A stretch of 29,184 nucleotides of DNA from a virus. Taxonomy: Duplodnaviria > Caudoviricetes. Position numbers and translations under genes: made by a program. The notes under the pieces were generated by a model. That model did not search any database, had not been told where the DNA came from, and saw only the letters and a list, made by a program, of their open reading frames with translations. The stretch is taken from IMG/VR virus record IMGVR_UViG_3300037515_000316, positions 1-29,184 of that record; one strand, given 5' to 3'. This document shows, piece after piece, positions 1 through 9,693 of this stretch (position 1 is its first letter; each line of letters starts with the position of its first letter).

Positions 1-1060
1 TTCTGGATTCTTAAAAACCAATATGATTAAAGCAGGCTTTAATTCACAGTCTTTACAGGTATTTCAGAGTTCAGGTGAACATTGGATACAATCTGTTACA
101 GTTATGGCTGTATTAGATGGTATAAAAGCTTTAAATGCAGATGGTAAGTATATTAATAAAGAAGGAAAAGTAGTTACTGAAAAGAACTCTGTATCTTTAT
201 TAGATATGTTAGAAGTAGATAAAGTTAATGGTAAAATTAAAATGAATGATAATGTAGTTTATACTACACATTCTAGATTAACTAAATGGAATGAAGGTGG
301 TAAAAGTAATGTAGATATGTTAATTAGAAAAAAACTATATGATACATTAGGTAACTATACTGAATTAGATCAACCAGAAGTAATGAGACATTGGGGAGGT
401 AAACTTATGATGTTGTATCGTAAATATTTAATACCAATGGGTCAAGCTAGATTTAGAGGATGGGAAACTTCATTTAAAGATAAAGATGAATTAACTGAAG
501 ATGAAAAAAGATTTAGTTATGCTCTTCAAGAAAATGAAGAAGGTAATTATATTTCTTTAATTAGATATGTAACTACAGCTTTAAAAGACCATAAATATTA
601 TTTATTATCTAAACCACATTGGGATAGATTAACAGATTATGAAAAACATAATATAAAAAGAGCTACTACTGAAATAGCATTGACAATGGTTATATTACCA
701 TTAGTATTATCTTTAGTTAAAGGATTAGCTGATGGAGAAGATGATGAATATTTATTCTTTCTGGCTTATCAAATAAGACGTTTAGACACTGAATTAAGCC
801 AATATAGAAGCCCTGCAGAGACTTTTAAGATGATGAGGTCACCTGTACCTTCAGCTAGATTAATACAGTCTTCTATAAGTATATTTGAGAGTGCGTTTAC
901 ACCTTGGAATTGGGGTGAAGTTTATGAATCTGGACCTAATAAAGGAGAAAACAAAAATATAATGAGAATTAAAAAACAGATTCCTGTTGTTAAAGAATTT
1001 CAAAGAACTTATGAAGGACTTCTTAAATATCAAGAATCTACTTGGGGTTCTGGATTATAA
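1..1060 (+). CDS. C-terminal part of a large phage protein, probably a crAss-like giant virion/ejection protein (5' partial)
   Basis: The frame is open from base 2 (SGFLKTN before the ATG at 23), so the gene starts outside the window. It has a hydrophobic segment near the C-terminus and converges on the replication block at a bidirectional terminator, as in crAss-like genomes. The product call comes from context only. Confidence 0.5.
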   Translation, partial: SGFLKTNMIKAGFNSQSLQVFQSSGEHWIQSVTVMAVLDGIKALNADGKYINKEGKVVTEKNSVSLLDMLEVDKVNGKIKMNDNVVYTTHSRLTKWNEGGKSNVDMLIRKKLYDTLGNYTELDQPEVMRHWGGKLMMLYRKYLIPMGQARFRGWETSFKDKDELTEDEKRFSYALQENEEGNYISLIRYVTTALKDHKYYLLSKPHWDRLTDYEKHNIKRATTEIALTMVILPLVLSLVKGLADGEDDEYLFFLAYQIRRLDTELSQYRSPAETFKMMRSPVPSARLIQSSISIFESAFTPWNWGEVYESGPNKGENKNIMRIKKQIPVVKEFQRTYEGLLKYQESTWGSGL

Positions 1061-1079
1061 TAGAAGTTTAAAAGTCTAA

Positions 1080-1121
1080 AAAAAAGGGATATTACTATTA
1101 ATTTAGTTTTATCCCTTTTTT
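1080..1121. terminator. bidirectional intrinsic terminator
   Basis: AAAAAAGGGATA ... TATCCCTTTTTT inverted repeat with A/T tracts on both sides, between convergent genes. Confidence 0.85.
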
Positions 1122-1124
1122 ATT

Positions 1125-1832
1125 TTAATTAATATAATTTTTATTAATTTTAGAAAATTCTTTTAATAATTTTTGATGTTGTTTATATTCTCCACATTGA
1201 GGAGTTATATATTTAACATTAGGTTTAAAATATCCAGACATACAATATATATTATCTCTTATATTACTAAGTTTTAATATATCTTCTTTATATTCATCTA
1301 AATTTTCTAAGTAATTATTACAAATTCCATAATCATATAGTTGTAATTTTTTACCTAATTTTAACATTAATTCACTTAATTCTTTATTATGATTAAGTAT
1401 TTGTGAATCCATTCCTAATATACTTATTGTATAATTTTCCCATTTATTTTTACTAGTAGATAAATAATCATAAATTTTTTTATCTATAAATGTAAAATCC
1501 CATTCATCAATAATATTTTTATTATTTATTTTTTCTAATATATAATTATATTCATTTCTTTTATATGTTTTTATTTCTGTAAAAATATCTGAAAATTCTT
1601 GAATACTTATATTAAAAAATTTTTCTATAATTTTAGTATTATTATTTTCTATAATATTTTCTAAACCTCCATAATCATTATATATACCAAATACAGGTAA
1701 ACATGTTGGAATATAAGGTAAATAACCAGCTAAACTTTGATATTTAACTTTTTTAATAGGTAATAATACTATTTCTTGTCCTGCAGATATAGTTATACCA
1801 CTAATTCCACAATGTACTGACCAACTTCCCAT
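1125..1832 (-). CDS. hypothetical phage protein
   Basis: 235-aa ORF on the coding strand of the block, ending at the terminator. No motif recognised. Confidence 0.7.
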   Translation of the reverse strand: MGSWSVHCGISGITISAGQEIVLLPIKKVKYQSLAGYLPYIPTCLPVFGIYNDYGGLENIIENNNTKIIEKFFNISIQEFSDIFTEIKTYKRNEYNYILEKINNKNIIDEWDFTFIDKKIYDYLSTSKNKWENYTISILGMDSQILNHNKELSELMLKLGKKLQLYDYGICNNYLENLDEYKEDILKLSNIRDNIYCMSGYFKPNVKYITPQCGEYKQHQKLLKEFSKINKNYIN

Positions 1833-1981
1833 AATTTTATTATTTTAATATATGTAATATTTGTCCATTAACTCTAACTTCCTCATTATAAGGTGTATTT
1901 ATGAAATCAATTACTTTATGATTAACATTATCTTTTAACATAGCTAATTTAATACGTCCTGGTAATTTAAATTTTTTCATA

Positions 1982-2575
1982 TTATTTTTTTAATAGTTGC
2001 TTAGTAATTTGTTCTTTAACTTCTTGATAAGAATAAGGTAAAAAATTATTTGTATCAACTCCTACATCCATTTGTGCAGGATGATGTTGTATTATACCTT
2101 TATTACTTAAACCACCATGTACATGTCCAAATAATTGCCAAGAACCTCTATGTGAGCCATTCCAAGTTATCATAGGATAATGACACATAACTAAATGTTG
2201 TTCTTTATAAGTTATTTCTTCATCTTGTACAAATATTTCAGCTATATCATAAATACCTTCCCATAAACTAACTATATACTCTTTAGCTAATGCACATTTT
2301 TCATGATTACCTATTATTAAATATTTTTTACCATTTAAAGAATTTAATATATGAGATGTATCTTTACTATTTAAAGTTAATGCAAAATCTCCTAAATGAA
2401 ATATAATAGCATCATCAGGTACTTTTTCATTCCATCTTTTAACTAATTCCTGATTCATTTCAATTGAATCTTTAAAAGGTCTATTACAATATTTAATTAT
2501 ATTAGAATGTCCAAAATGTGTATCTGATGTAAAAAATAATTTATCTTTATCTATTTCTATATCTTTAATTTTCAT
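1982..2575 (-). CDS. calcineurin-like metallophosphoesterase
   Basis: Motifs SDTHFGH, LGD, GNHE, HYP and GHVH. Confidence 0.9.
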   Translation of the reverse strand: MKIKDIEIDKDKLFFTSDTHFGHSNIIKYCNRPFKDSIEMNQELVKRWNEKVPDDAIIFHLGDFALTLNSKDTSHILNSLNGKKYLIIGNHEKCALAKEYIVSLWEGIYDIAEIFVQDEEITYKEQHLVMCHYPMITWNGSHRGSWQLFGHVHGGLSNKGIIQHHPAQMDVGVDTNNFLPYSYQEVKEQITKQLLKK

Positions 2576-2852
2576 CGTCTATTATATCTATTTGATATGT
2601 TGAATTTTCAGTATTTATAATTAGTTTTTTATAATCAATATTTTTTATATTAGATGTATAAAATATAGGTATATTAAAAAATGAACCTTTTAATTTAACC
2701 TTTTTACTTAATACTAAAGGATATCCTATTATTGGTTCAAATATAATTAAACCTTCTTTAGTATATCCTTCATTAATATTATTAGGATGATTTCCATTAA
2801 ATACATCATCTGATAATTTAGTAACTTTTACTGTTTTATTTATTAAATTCAT
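2565..2852 (-). CDS. hypothetical protein
   Basis: 95-aa ORF overlapping both neighbours in operon fashion. Confidence 0.65.
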   Translation of the reverse strand: MNLINKTVKVTKLSDDVFNGNHPNNINEGYTKEGLIIFEPIIGYPLVLSKKVKLKGSFFNIPIFYTSNIKNIDYKKLIINTENSTYQIDIIDDEN

Positions 2853-3442
2853 GGTATATAAATATTAGTTGGATTATCTTTATGTATATCTATTTCTGGA
2901 TATTTTTCTTTAAATTGTAATATATTAAAAGGTTTAGTAATAATATGATAACCATTTTTACTAGGTAATATAATATATATTTTACTTTTTTCTAAAGATT
3001 TACTTATTGGTTCACATTCATAATTAATATATGATAACATTAAAGGTGATACTTCTTCATTATCTATATCTAATATCCATTTTTTATTTTCATCATTATG
3101 ACCTAAACCACAAGCTCTATCATATGAACTTTTAATAAAACTAAATTCACCATTACTCATTGTATTAGCAATGTTTTGCATAGCTTTAAATGCTACTTTT
3201 TTAAAACTTCTTTTATTTAATCTTAAAGAAGCTCTAGCATTAAATACTTCACATAAATTTATTATTTCATCTTTATATTTCAATAAATGTTCTTTACTAG
3301 TTATATAGTAATTCTTAATTACTCTACTATTAGAACCTAATTGAGGATTTTCTTTTTTACGTTGTAATATTTGTAAATAATAAAAATCATCTTCAGATTT
3401 AAATTCTAATAGTGGTAATATTTTTTCTATGTTATTTATCAT
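2849..3442 (-). CDS. phage protein with archaeo-eukaryotic primase-like motifs
   Basis: WILDID (DxD) and PSKNGYH (SxxGxH) resemble AEP motifs I and II. Confidence 0.5.
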   Translation of the reverse strand: MINNIEKILPLLEFKSEDDFYYLQILQRKKENPQLGSNSRVIKNYYITSKEHLLKYKDEIINLCEVFNARASLRLNKRSFKKVAFKAMQNIANTMSNGEFSFIKSSYDRACGLGHNDENKKWILDIDNEEVSPLMLSYINYECEPISKSLEKSKIYIILPSKNGYHIITKPFNILQFKEKYPEIDIHKDNPTNIYIP

Positions 3443-4347
3443 TATTTTACTTCTTCTATATCTCCAAACTTTACAGAGTTATTAAATATATTTAAAAAAC
3501 TATAATTTATATTTGTTAGTATATAATTATAATTATATATTATAAACATTTGAATATTATCATCTTCCATTTCACATGCTAAAATCATTATAGTTTTTTT
3601 AATTATATTTTCAACATTTATTGGATTTTTTTTATATATTAACCAATAAGGTATTACAAATTCATTTATAGCAATTACATATATCCTTTCTAATATAATA
3701 TTAATTTGTTGTTGAAAATTACATAATCTCCATTTATTTTCTATAATACTTTTTTTATTATATAAACAAGCTATATCTAAAAAATTATTACCTTTATTTA
3801 AAGCGAAAACTCTATGTAATGAATATTCATAATAAATATCAAATTTTCTAAAATTAAATATATTATCTTCAATTAAATTAGAAGAACTAACAAAAGGATA
3901 TAGTTGTAAACTATCCATTTCTAATTTTTTTAATATATCTGTTTTAAACTTTTTAATTGGTAATATATATCTATTTAATAAAAAATTATAATTATTAACA
4001 GATTTTTCCCAATCTAATACATTTTTATGTCTTTCTGTAATTTTATTAAGTTCTATACAATATAAAATTTTAGGTGAAGCATAATTAAATTCTAATTTAG
4101 ATGCAAAATTTTCTTCTAATAATTCTAATAAATATAAAGAGTTATTAGCATTATATAATATAATATTTTTATTACTTCTTAACGGGAAAGATTCACCATA
4201 ATGACTAATTTTACCATTTGTTTCATATATATTTAATAAATTACGTATATAAACATGTTGATCTTGTGTAGCTATTATTTCTACATTATTTATAATATGA
4301 TTATTTTTTTTTAATTGTGATATAGCTTCGTCTCCTATTATTAACAT
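3442..4347 (-). CDS. hypothetical protein, possibly a degenerate nucleotidyltransferase-like fold
   Basis: 301-aa ORF. The N-terminus MLIIGDEA...NVEII loosely resembles hhhGS...DxD but lacks the canonical residues. Confidence 0.55.
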   Translation of the reverse strand: MLIIGDEAISQLKKNNHIINNVEIIATQDQHVYIRNLLNIYETNGKISHYGESFPLRSNKNIILYNANNSLYLLELLEENFASKLEFNYASPKILYCIELNKITERHKNVLDWEKSVNNYNFLLNRYILPIKKFKTDILKKLEMDSLQLYPFVSSSNLIEDNIFNFRKFDIYYEYSLHRVFALNKGNNFLDIACLYNKKSIIENKWRLCNFQQQINIILERIYVIAINEFVIPYWLIYKKNPINVENIIKKTIMILACEMEDDNIQMFIIYNYNYILTNINYSFLNIFNNSVKFGDIEEVK

Positions 4348-4359
4348 ATTTTATTATTT

Positions 4360-5007
4360 TTAAAAATATAAATCATCTGTTTTTTTCCATTTATAAATAT
4401 ATAAGTTCATATTACTACCATTAGTACTATTATATTTTGTTTTTGTAACTATATCCATATAATCTTTAATAAAAAGTTCAAATCTTTCAATATAACCTTC
4501 TTTAATATCAAATATTATTTGATTAGTAGTATATTTTTTTAATATTTTAAAAAATTCTTTTTTATCTTCATCTTTTATATAAATTATTTCTATAGCTCTA
4601 CCAACAGAAGATAATTGACAATTTTCAGTAGGATATTTGCATACAACTATTTTAGTGTAATAATCATATTGACTTAAAAATTCTATAGTTTTATTATATT
4701 TTTCTGATTCAGAACCATTATAATCATTTATACTTTTTATAAAAGGTTTTTTAGGTAATTCTTTTTTTTCAACTTTTTGTATATTTGGTTTAATTATTTC
4801 ATTATTAAGACTACCTATGGAACTATCTTTCATATATTTTTGTATGTCATTTTCAAGTTCTAATTGTTCTTTCATCTTTTTAACAATTTTAACATGTTCT
4901 TTTTCTGTTTTTATAGGTATAAAAGATGATTGTATTTTTTCTTTTTTTCCAATATGTTTTTTTCTGTTATTAATTATATTAATCATTATTTTAAAAATAT
5001 TAATCAT
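4360..5007 (-). CDS. hypothetical protein
   Basis: 215-aa Lys-rich ORF on the coding strand. Confidence 0.6.
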   Translation of the reverse strand: MINIFKIMINIINNRKKHIGKKEKIQSSFIPIKTEKEHVKIVKKMKEQLELENDIQKYMKDSSIGSLNNEIIKPNIQKVEKKELPKKPFIKSINDYNGSESEKYNKTIEFLSQYDYYTKIVVCKYPTENCQLSSVGRAIEIIYIKDEDKKEFFKILKKYTTNQIIFDIKEGYIERFELFIKDYMDIVTKTKYNSTNGSNMNLYIYKWKKTDDLYF

Positions 5008-5042
5008 TATTTATTATTTATAAAAATTAAAAAAATTAGGTA

Positions 5043-5068
5043 AATAAGGGGAATTTAATCCCCTTATT
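5043..5068 (-). terminator. probable intrinsic terminator after the RNR gene
   Basis: AATAAGGGGA-ATTTAA-TCCCCTTATT perfect 10-bp inverted repeat a few bases past the stop codon. Confidence 0.7.
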
Positions 5069-5076
5069 AAATTTAA

Positions 5077-6936
5077 TTAAATAATTTCACAGTTTCCACC
5101 AGCACAAGCTAATTCACCAGTTAAATCTGTATTATCATTCTCTTCAATAATTTTAGTTAAATCAATTGGATTATTATTAATATAATCTATTAATTTATTA
5201 TAATGTTCTTCACTACATGATGTAAATGGTGCATCTTTATAAGTACCACCATCATAAGGTAATACTGAAAGACCATTAAATGTGTTTTTATTGTACCACA
5301 TCCATTCTCCTACATCTTCCCACTCATGTGGTTTACATGTTATTGTAGCTGAAACATTATTACTATTTGGTCCTCTTCTATGTCCTTTTTGCACCCATTC
5401 TAAGTTAAACTTTTTAACTCTAGATAATAAATCTAAAGCCGTTTCGTCTTCTCTAAGAACTGCATTGTCAGGAGCTTTTTGAGGAATACCTATTACAGCA
5501 TCTTTAGGTTGATATTCCATAACTTTAATTAATTTCGGATGATATTTTGAAAAAAAGTTATATAAATCATCTCCTACAGTACATTGCATATTTCTAATAT
5601 AATATTTAGAATGCCATGCATGTATTCCAGAAGATGTACCAACAACACAAGATGTCGTACCGCTTGGTTTTATGGTTGAAACTCTAGCTGCTTTATTAAT
5701 ACCAATTAATTCAGAAACTCTTAAATTTTCATCTTTTGCTATATTACAAGCTATAGTTAAATCTAAATTATTAAGAGTACCATTACCTATACCAGTTATT
5801 CCTACGCCTATTAAAGCATCTTTTTCAGTATTATGTTTCCATATACTTCTAAGATAATGAAAGTCTGTAAAACCTGCTTGTAATGTACCAAAAAAGGCTG
5901 CAATTTCAGAAGTTTTGTTAAAATCTTCTTGATTATTAATTACACCACCGTTGATTTCAGTCAAATTACAGAAAGTAAAAGGTCTTAACGAAATTTCCAC
6001 ACAGGGATTTGTACCTTGTTCTGGATCATTTGTAAAATAAATACCAGGTTCACCAGAGTTAGAATCTACTGTAATTTGCCAAAGCTTTTTAAATTCATCT
6101 TTTTCAATTCTGTTTCGTAGAATAACAGCTGAATTATTAGCCCTACCAAGTTCAGGATATAATTCCCACCAAGCACCATGTTTACAAGTAGCCATTTCTT
6201 TATCATCCATAGAAAATAAAGATATTAGAGCTGCTCTTCTTATTCCACCTGCTAATACAGCATCCGCAATAAGACAATTAATTCTATGTACTTCAAATGG
6301 TGTTAATTTATCACCATTTTTTTTTATATTTAATAAAGTTTCTATTTTTGTTAAACATATTTTTAAAGGTGCAGGACCTGGTGCTTTACCTCCAGCTGTA
6401 ACTAATCTACTACCTTTACTTCTTATATCTGAAAAATCAAATCTAGGTTTAACTAATGTTTTACCAAAATAAGATTTCATTAATTGTTTAATAGCATCTG
6501 CCCATCCTTCTATACTATCACCTATTAAATATTTAGCTTCTTTTAAAGGTTTTTGTATAGCTGGTAAATGCTCAACATGATGGTACTGGACGGAATATCC
6601 AATACCAGTACCACCTAACAACAAAAACATTAACTCACTAAAACATCTATAATCAGACATTGGCATATATCCACAATTATAGATTCTTGCTTCATTTTTT
6701 TCAACAGCAGCACCAGCAAATTGTGCTGCTCTCATAGAAGGTAAAACTTGTTTACTATAAAGATATTGACCTTTAGTCATTATCTCATCATTTAACTTAG
6801 GATAACGTTTAGTCATCATAGTTAAATATCTTGTAATTATATCATTCCAAGTTTCTCTTCTTTTTAATTCTGGTATAAATTTTGAATATTTATTATATAC
6901 CACTATATTTGATAGTAATTCAATTCCTCTATCCAT
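5077..6936 (-). CDS. nrdJ: class II (adenosylcobalamin-dependent) ribonucleotide reductase
   Basis: RRETW, LPSMR, YNC, GGTGIGYS, TNPCVEI (thiyl Cys), KPSGTTS and the C-terminal CAGGNC redox pair. No small subunit in the window. Confidence 0.92.
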   Translation of the reverse strand: MDRGIELLSNIVVYNKYSKFIPELKRRETWNDIITRYLTMMTKRYPKLNDEIMTKGQYLYSKQVLPSMRAAQFAGAAVEKNEARIYNCGYMPMSDYRCFSELMFLLLGGTGIGYSVQYHHVEHLPAIQKPLKEAKYLIGDSIEGWADAIKQLMKSYFGKTLVKPRFDFSDIRSKGSRLVTAGGKAPGPAPLKICLTKIETLLNIKKNGDKLTPFEVHRINCLIADAVLAGGIRRAALISLFSMDDKEMATCKHGAWWELYPELGRANNSAVILRNRIEKDEFKKLWQITVDSNSGEPGIYFTNDPEQGTNPCVEISLRPFTFCNLTEINGGVINNQEDFNKTSEIAAFFGTLQAGFTDFHYLRSIWKHNTEKDALIGVGITGIGNGTLNNLDLTIACNIAKDENLRVSELIGINKAARVSTIKPSGTTSCVVGTSSGIHAWHSKYYIRNMQCTVGDDLYNFFSKYHPKLIKVMEYQPKDAVIGIPQKAPDNAVLREDETALDLLSRVKKFNLEWVQKGHRRGPNSNNVSATITCKPHEWEDVGEWMWYNKNTFNGLSVLPYDGGTYKDAPFTSCSEEHYNKLIDYINNNPIDLTKIIEENDNTDLTGELACAGGNCEII

Positions 6937-6980
6937 TTATTCTTTTATCATTATTACTACTCATTATTTTTCAGAAAATA

Positions 6981-7448
6981 TTATTTTACACCTGTACTGC
7001 CAAATCCTCCAGAACCCCTTTCTGTTTCTACTAATTTTTTTACTTCTACAAAATGATAATTAATTATCTTTTCAAAAAATATTTGTGCTACTCTATCCCC
7101 TACTTTATAAGGAAATTGATTATATAAATTATCAAATAATACTCCTTTTACATTTTTAATAGAAACAGGAATAGCTTCAAATTTAATCATCCATTCTCCT
7201 CTATAATCAGAATCTATTTGAGCTGGACTATTTTGCATAATCCAACTTTTTTGTGTAAAACTACTTCTAGGTACTATAATACCTTTATAACCTTTAGGAA
7301 TTTCTGTAGAGAAACCTAATTTAACAGTAATTTTATTACTAGAATCTTTAATAATATCAGTAGCATATACATCAGCACAAGCAGCATCTTTAGTTCCTTT
7401 TAAAGGAATTTTAGCTTGAGGGTGTAATTTCTTTATTTTTATTTTCAT
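6981..7448 (-). CDS. dut: trimeric dUTPase
   Basis: AACAD, PRSS, IDSDYRGE, GDRVAQ and RGSGGFGSTG motifs. Confidence 0.95.
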   Translation of the reverse strand: MKIKIKKLHPQAKIPLKGTKDAACADVYATDIIKDSSNKITVKLGFSTEIPKGYKGIIVPRSSFTQKSWIMQNSPAQIDSDYRGEWMIKFEAIPVSIKNVKGVLFDNLYNQFPYKVGDRVAQIFFEKIINYHFVEVKKLVETERGSGGFGSTGVK

Positions 7449-8016
7449 CTTTTTTTATATATTGTGATAGATTGAAAGTTTCATCTATTATTTCTATAGG
7501 ATCATTTAATTCAGCATTTTTTGGTAAAATAACTTTAGATCTTTCTGTACTTAAACTTTCTTCTATTTCTTTCTTTAATTTCTCGTCTTTAAATAATATT
7601 TGCTTTACCTTTATAAGAAAAGGTACAGCATTTGGATTTCCTTTATAAATATCTGTAAAAAAATCTAATATTAATTCTTTTGCATCATCTTTAAATAAGG
7701 AATATTTTCCATCTTTTAAACATTCATATTCATGCATATATTCATTTGGAAATTTAAATATATATAATACTTTATCATCTATATCTATTAACTTTACAAA
7801 TAAATCATTATTTATCATGTTATGTTCATAAGCTGTAAATTCAGGTATTTTAAAAGAAAAATCATGTAATATTAACAAACAATCTTTATATTCTCCTGTA
7901 TCTTCAAACATATATACATTATGTAAATGTGTAAAAAATCTTTTATCAAATCCAACTATTTCTGATAATAATGGTAATAAGTAAGTTTTAGATTTATTAT
8001 ATCTAATTTTACTCAT
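7411..8016 (-). CDS. hypothetical protein
   Basis: 201-aa ORF directly downstream of the PD-(D/E)XK nuclease. Confidence 0.7.
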   Translation of the reverse strand: MSKIRYNKSKTYLLPLLSEIVGFDKRFFTHLHNVYMFEDTGEYKDCLLILHDFSFKIPEFTAYEHNMINNDLFVKLIDIDDKVLYIFKFPNEYMHEYECLKDGKYSLFKDDAKELILDFFTDIYKGNPNAVPFLIKVKQILFKDEKLKKEIEESLSTERSKVILPKNAELNDPIEIIDETFNLSQYIKKDENKNKEITPSS

Positions 8017-8018
8017 AT

Positions 8019-9059
8019 TTAACCATTATTTATTGTTATGAATTCATCTTTTAAATTCATTTTACCATTAGATTCATAAATTTCTTTTGATATATCAAAT
8101 ATTTTATTATTGAAATGCCATTTAATATCATCTAATAGTTCATTTAAACCTTTATATTCCCATCCAAATGAGGTTTTAAAACCATTTAAAGCAGCATTAT
8201 GCCACTTTTCTGTAACTTCAAATATAAAAGGTATTTTCTCAAATCTTGATATATACAAGAATTGAAATGGAAGTACTTTATATTCTTCCAGTTTAAACTG
8301 TTTAATTATTATATCAATAGCTTTTGTATATACAGCTTCTTGAATATAATATCTCCATTTAATAAAACTAGAAACAAATTCAGATACTGGATTACCACCT
8401 GTTTTTAAATCTATCATTTGTATAGTTTTATTTTTATGATTTATACTAAGTATATCTAATATACCTCTAAATTTAAAAATGTCATAATCATATTCAAAAT
8501 ATATTTGATTATATAATTCTTCATTTTTATCACCATTAAATATATGTTTTGAATTTTTATGACTAAGTAAAGTATCAACTAAATCTTGTGCCCATACTAT
8601 ATCATCTTGAGTTACTAAAACTTGTTTATTTGATGCATATTGAGCTTTTAAATAATCCCAAAACTCTTTAGTATTATATTTACCATCTAAAACTTCTGGT
8701 TTTACAGTAGATGACCAATATTTATTTTCTTTAATAATTTCTAATATTACATCTTTAGAAGGTATTTCTTTATAATTCTTTAGAATAATATCACATAAAC
8801 TACCTAATGTAGCTGTTGGTTTTGTACCATTATATATATAATATTTTTCTTTAAATATAGATGTTTTATTAACAAAATCATTAAGTAAATCATCTGTTAA
8901 AGAACCTATTGTAATACCATCATTTTCAACTTCAATCTTTTTAACTAAAGCTAAAGGTCCATTTTTATCAAAACTTGATATTTTACTATAACTTAATTTA
9001 ATTTTATTATCAATTTCATTTAGGTTAAATAACCTGTTCATTTCTTCATTTTCTTCCAT
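8019..9059 (-). CDS. PD-(D/E)XK nuclease (RecB/Cas4-like exonuclease)
   Basis: LSYS, FRGILDIL, MIDLKTG and YYIQEAVY motifs. Confidence 0.85.
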   Translation of the reverse strand: MEENEEMNRLFNLNEIDNKIKLSYSKISSFDKNGPLALVKKIEVENDGITIGSLTDDLLNDFVNKTSIFKEKYYIYNGTKPTATLGSLCDIILKNYKEIPSKDVILEIIKENKYWSSTVKPEVLDGKYNTKEFWDYLKAQYASNKQVLVTQDDIVWAQDLVDTLLSHKNSKHIFNGDKNEELYNQIYFEYDYDIFKFRGILDILSINHKNKTIQMIDLKTGGNPVSEFVSSFIKWRYYIQEAVYTKAIDIIIKQFKLEEYKVLPFQFLYISRFEKIPFIFEVTEKWHNAALNGFKTSFGWEYKGLNELLDDIKWHFNNKIFDISKEIYESNGKMNLKDEFITINNG

Positions 9060-9223
9060 TAATATAATTCTAATTGTCTAGACCCACAACTACATATTGC
9101 AGGATTACTTCTTTTCCTACTAGGATGGTCTATTCTAATTCCACCTCCCCAATTTCTTACTACATTATGTTTTTCATTACATCTTTTACATATTACTGTA
9201 AATTCATCTCCTTCATTATACAT
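9059..9223 (-). CDS. small zinc-ribbon protein (54 aa), absent from the ORF track
   Basis: Hand translation MYNEGDEFTVICKRCNEKH...NPAICSCGSRQLELY*. CxxC...CxC. Fills the gap exactly, with a TAATG stop/start overlap at 9059. Confidence 0.75.
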   Translation of the reverse strand: MYNEGDEFTVICKRCNEKHNVVRNWGGGIRIDHPSRKRSNPAICSCGSRQLELY

Positions 9224-9224
9224 A

Positions 9225-9692
9225 TTAAAATATTTTTATCCACACACCTGGTGCTTCTGGGTTAACACTATACCACTCTTTATTTCTTAAATTATCTAAA
9301 GTTGGTATCTCTCCTTTAATTGTCATAGGTAATGGAAACATATACTTAACACTATCATCTTCAATAAAATCATGTGCAGTAAATAAATCCTGAATTATTT
9401 CAAGACTATTACTAAAATCAAATTGTCTATTTTGTGCTCTTACATGATGAAATCCAATAAATAATGGATTATCTTTCCCTACTTTCATTCTTTCTATTTC
9501 TTCTCTAAATCCTTCTAAAATATTAGGTCTATTTTTATCAATATAACCTTTTACATACTTTTTTTTAGAATTATAAGTTTGTATTCCTAAACTTCTTAAA
9601 AAAGTACTAACAGCAGGGGAACTAAATATCCCCCTAGCTGCTTTTACTTTAGAATTTTTTGAAGAAGGTACATTACCTTTTATAAATATCAT
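9225..9692 (-). CDS. putative RusA-like Holliday junction resolvase
   Basis: GNVPSSKN N-terminus and the RQFDFSN...IIQDL...IEDD acidic pattern of RusA-like nucleases. Confidence 0.65.
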   Translation of the reverse strand: MIFIKGNVPSSKNSKVKAARGIFSSPAVSTFLRSLGIQTYNSKKKYVKGYIDKNRPNILEGFREEIERMKVGKDNPLFIGFHHVRAQNRQFDFSNSLEIIQDLFTAHDFIEDDSVKYMFPLPMTIKGEIPTLDNLRNKEWYSVNPEAPGVWIKIF

Positions 9693-9693
9693 A

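Noticed and set aside
1845-1980. Tiny ORF (MKKFKLPGR...) with an apparent continuation in another frame
   Set aside because: It is only 24 codons before a stop, with no motif or clear slippery site. A decayed gene cannot be told from chance.
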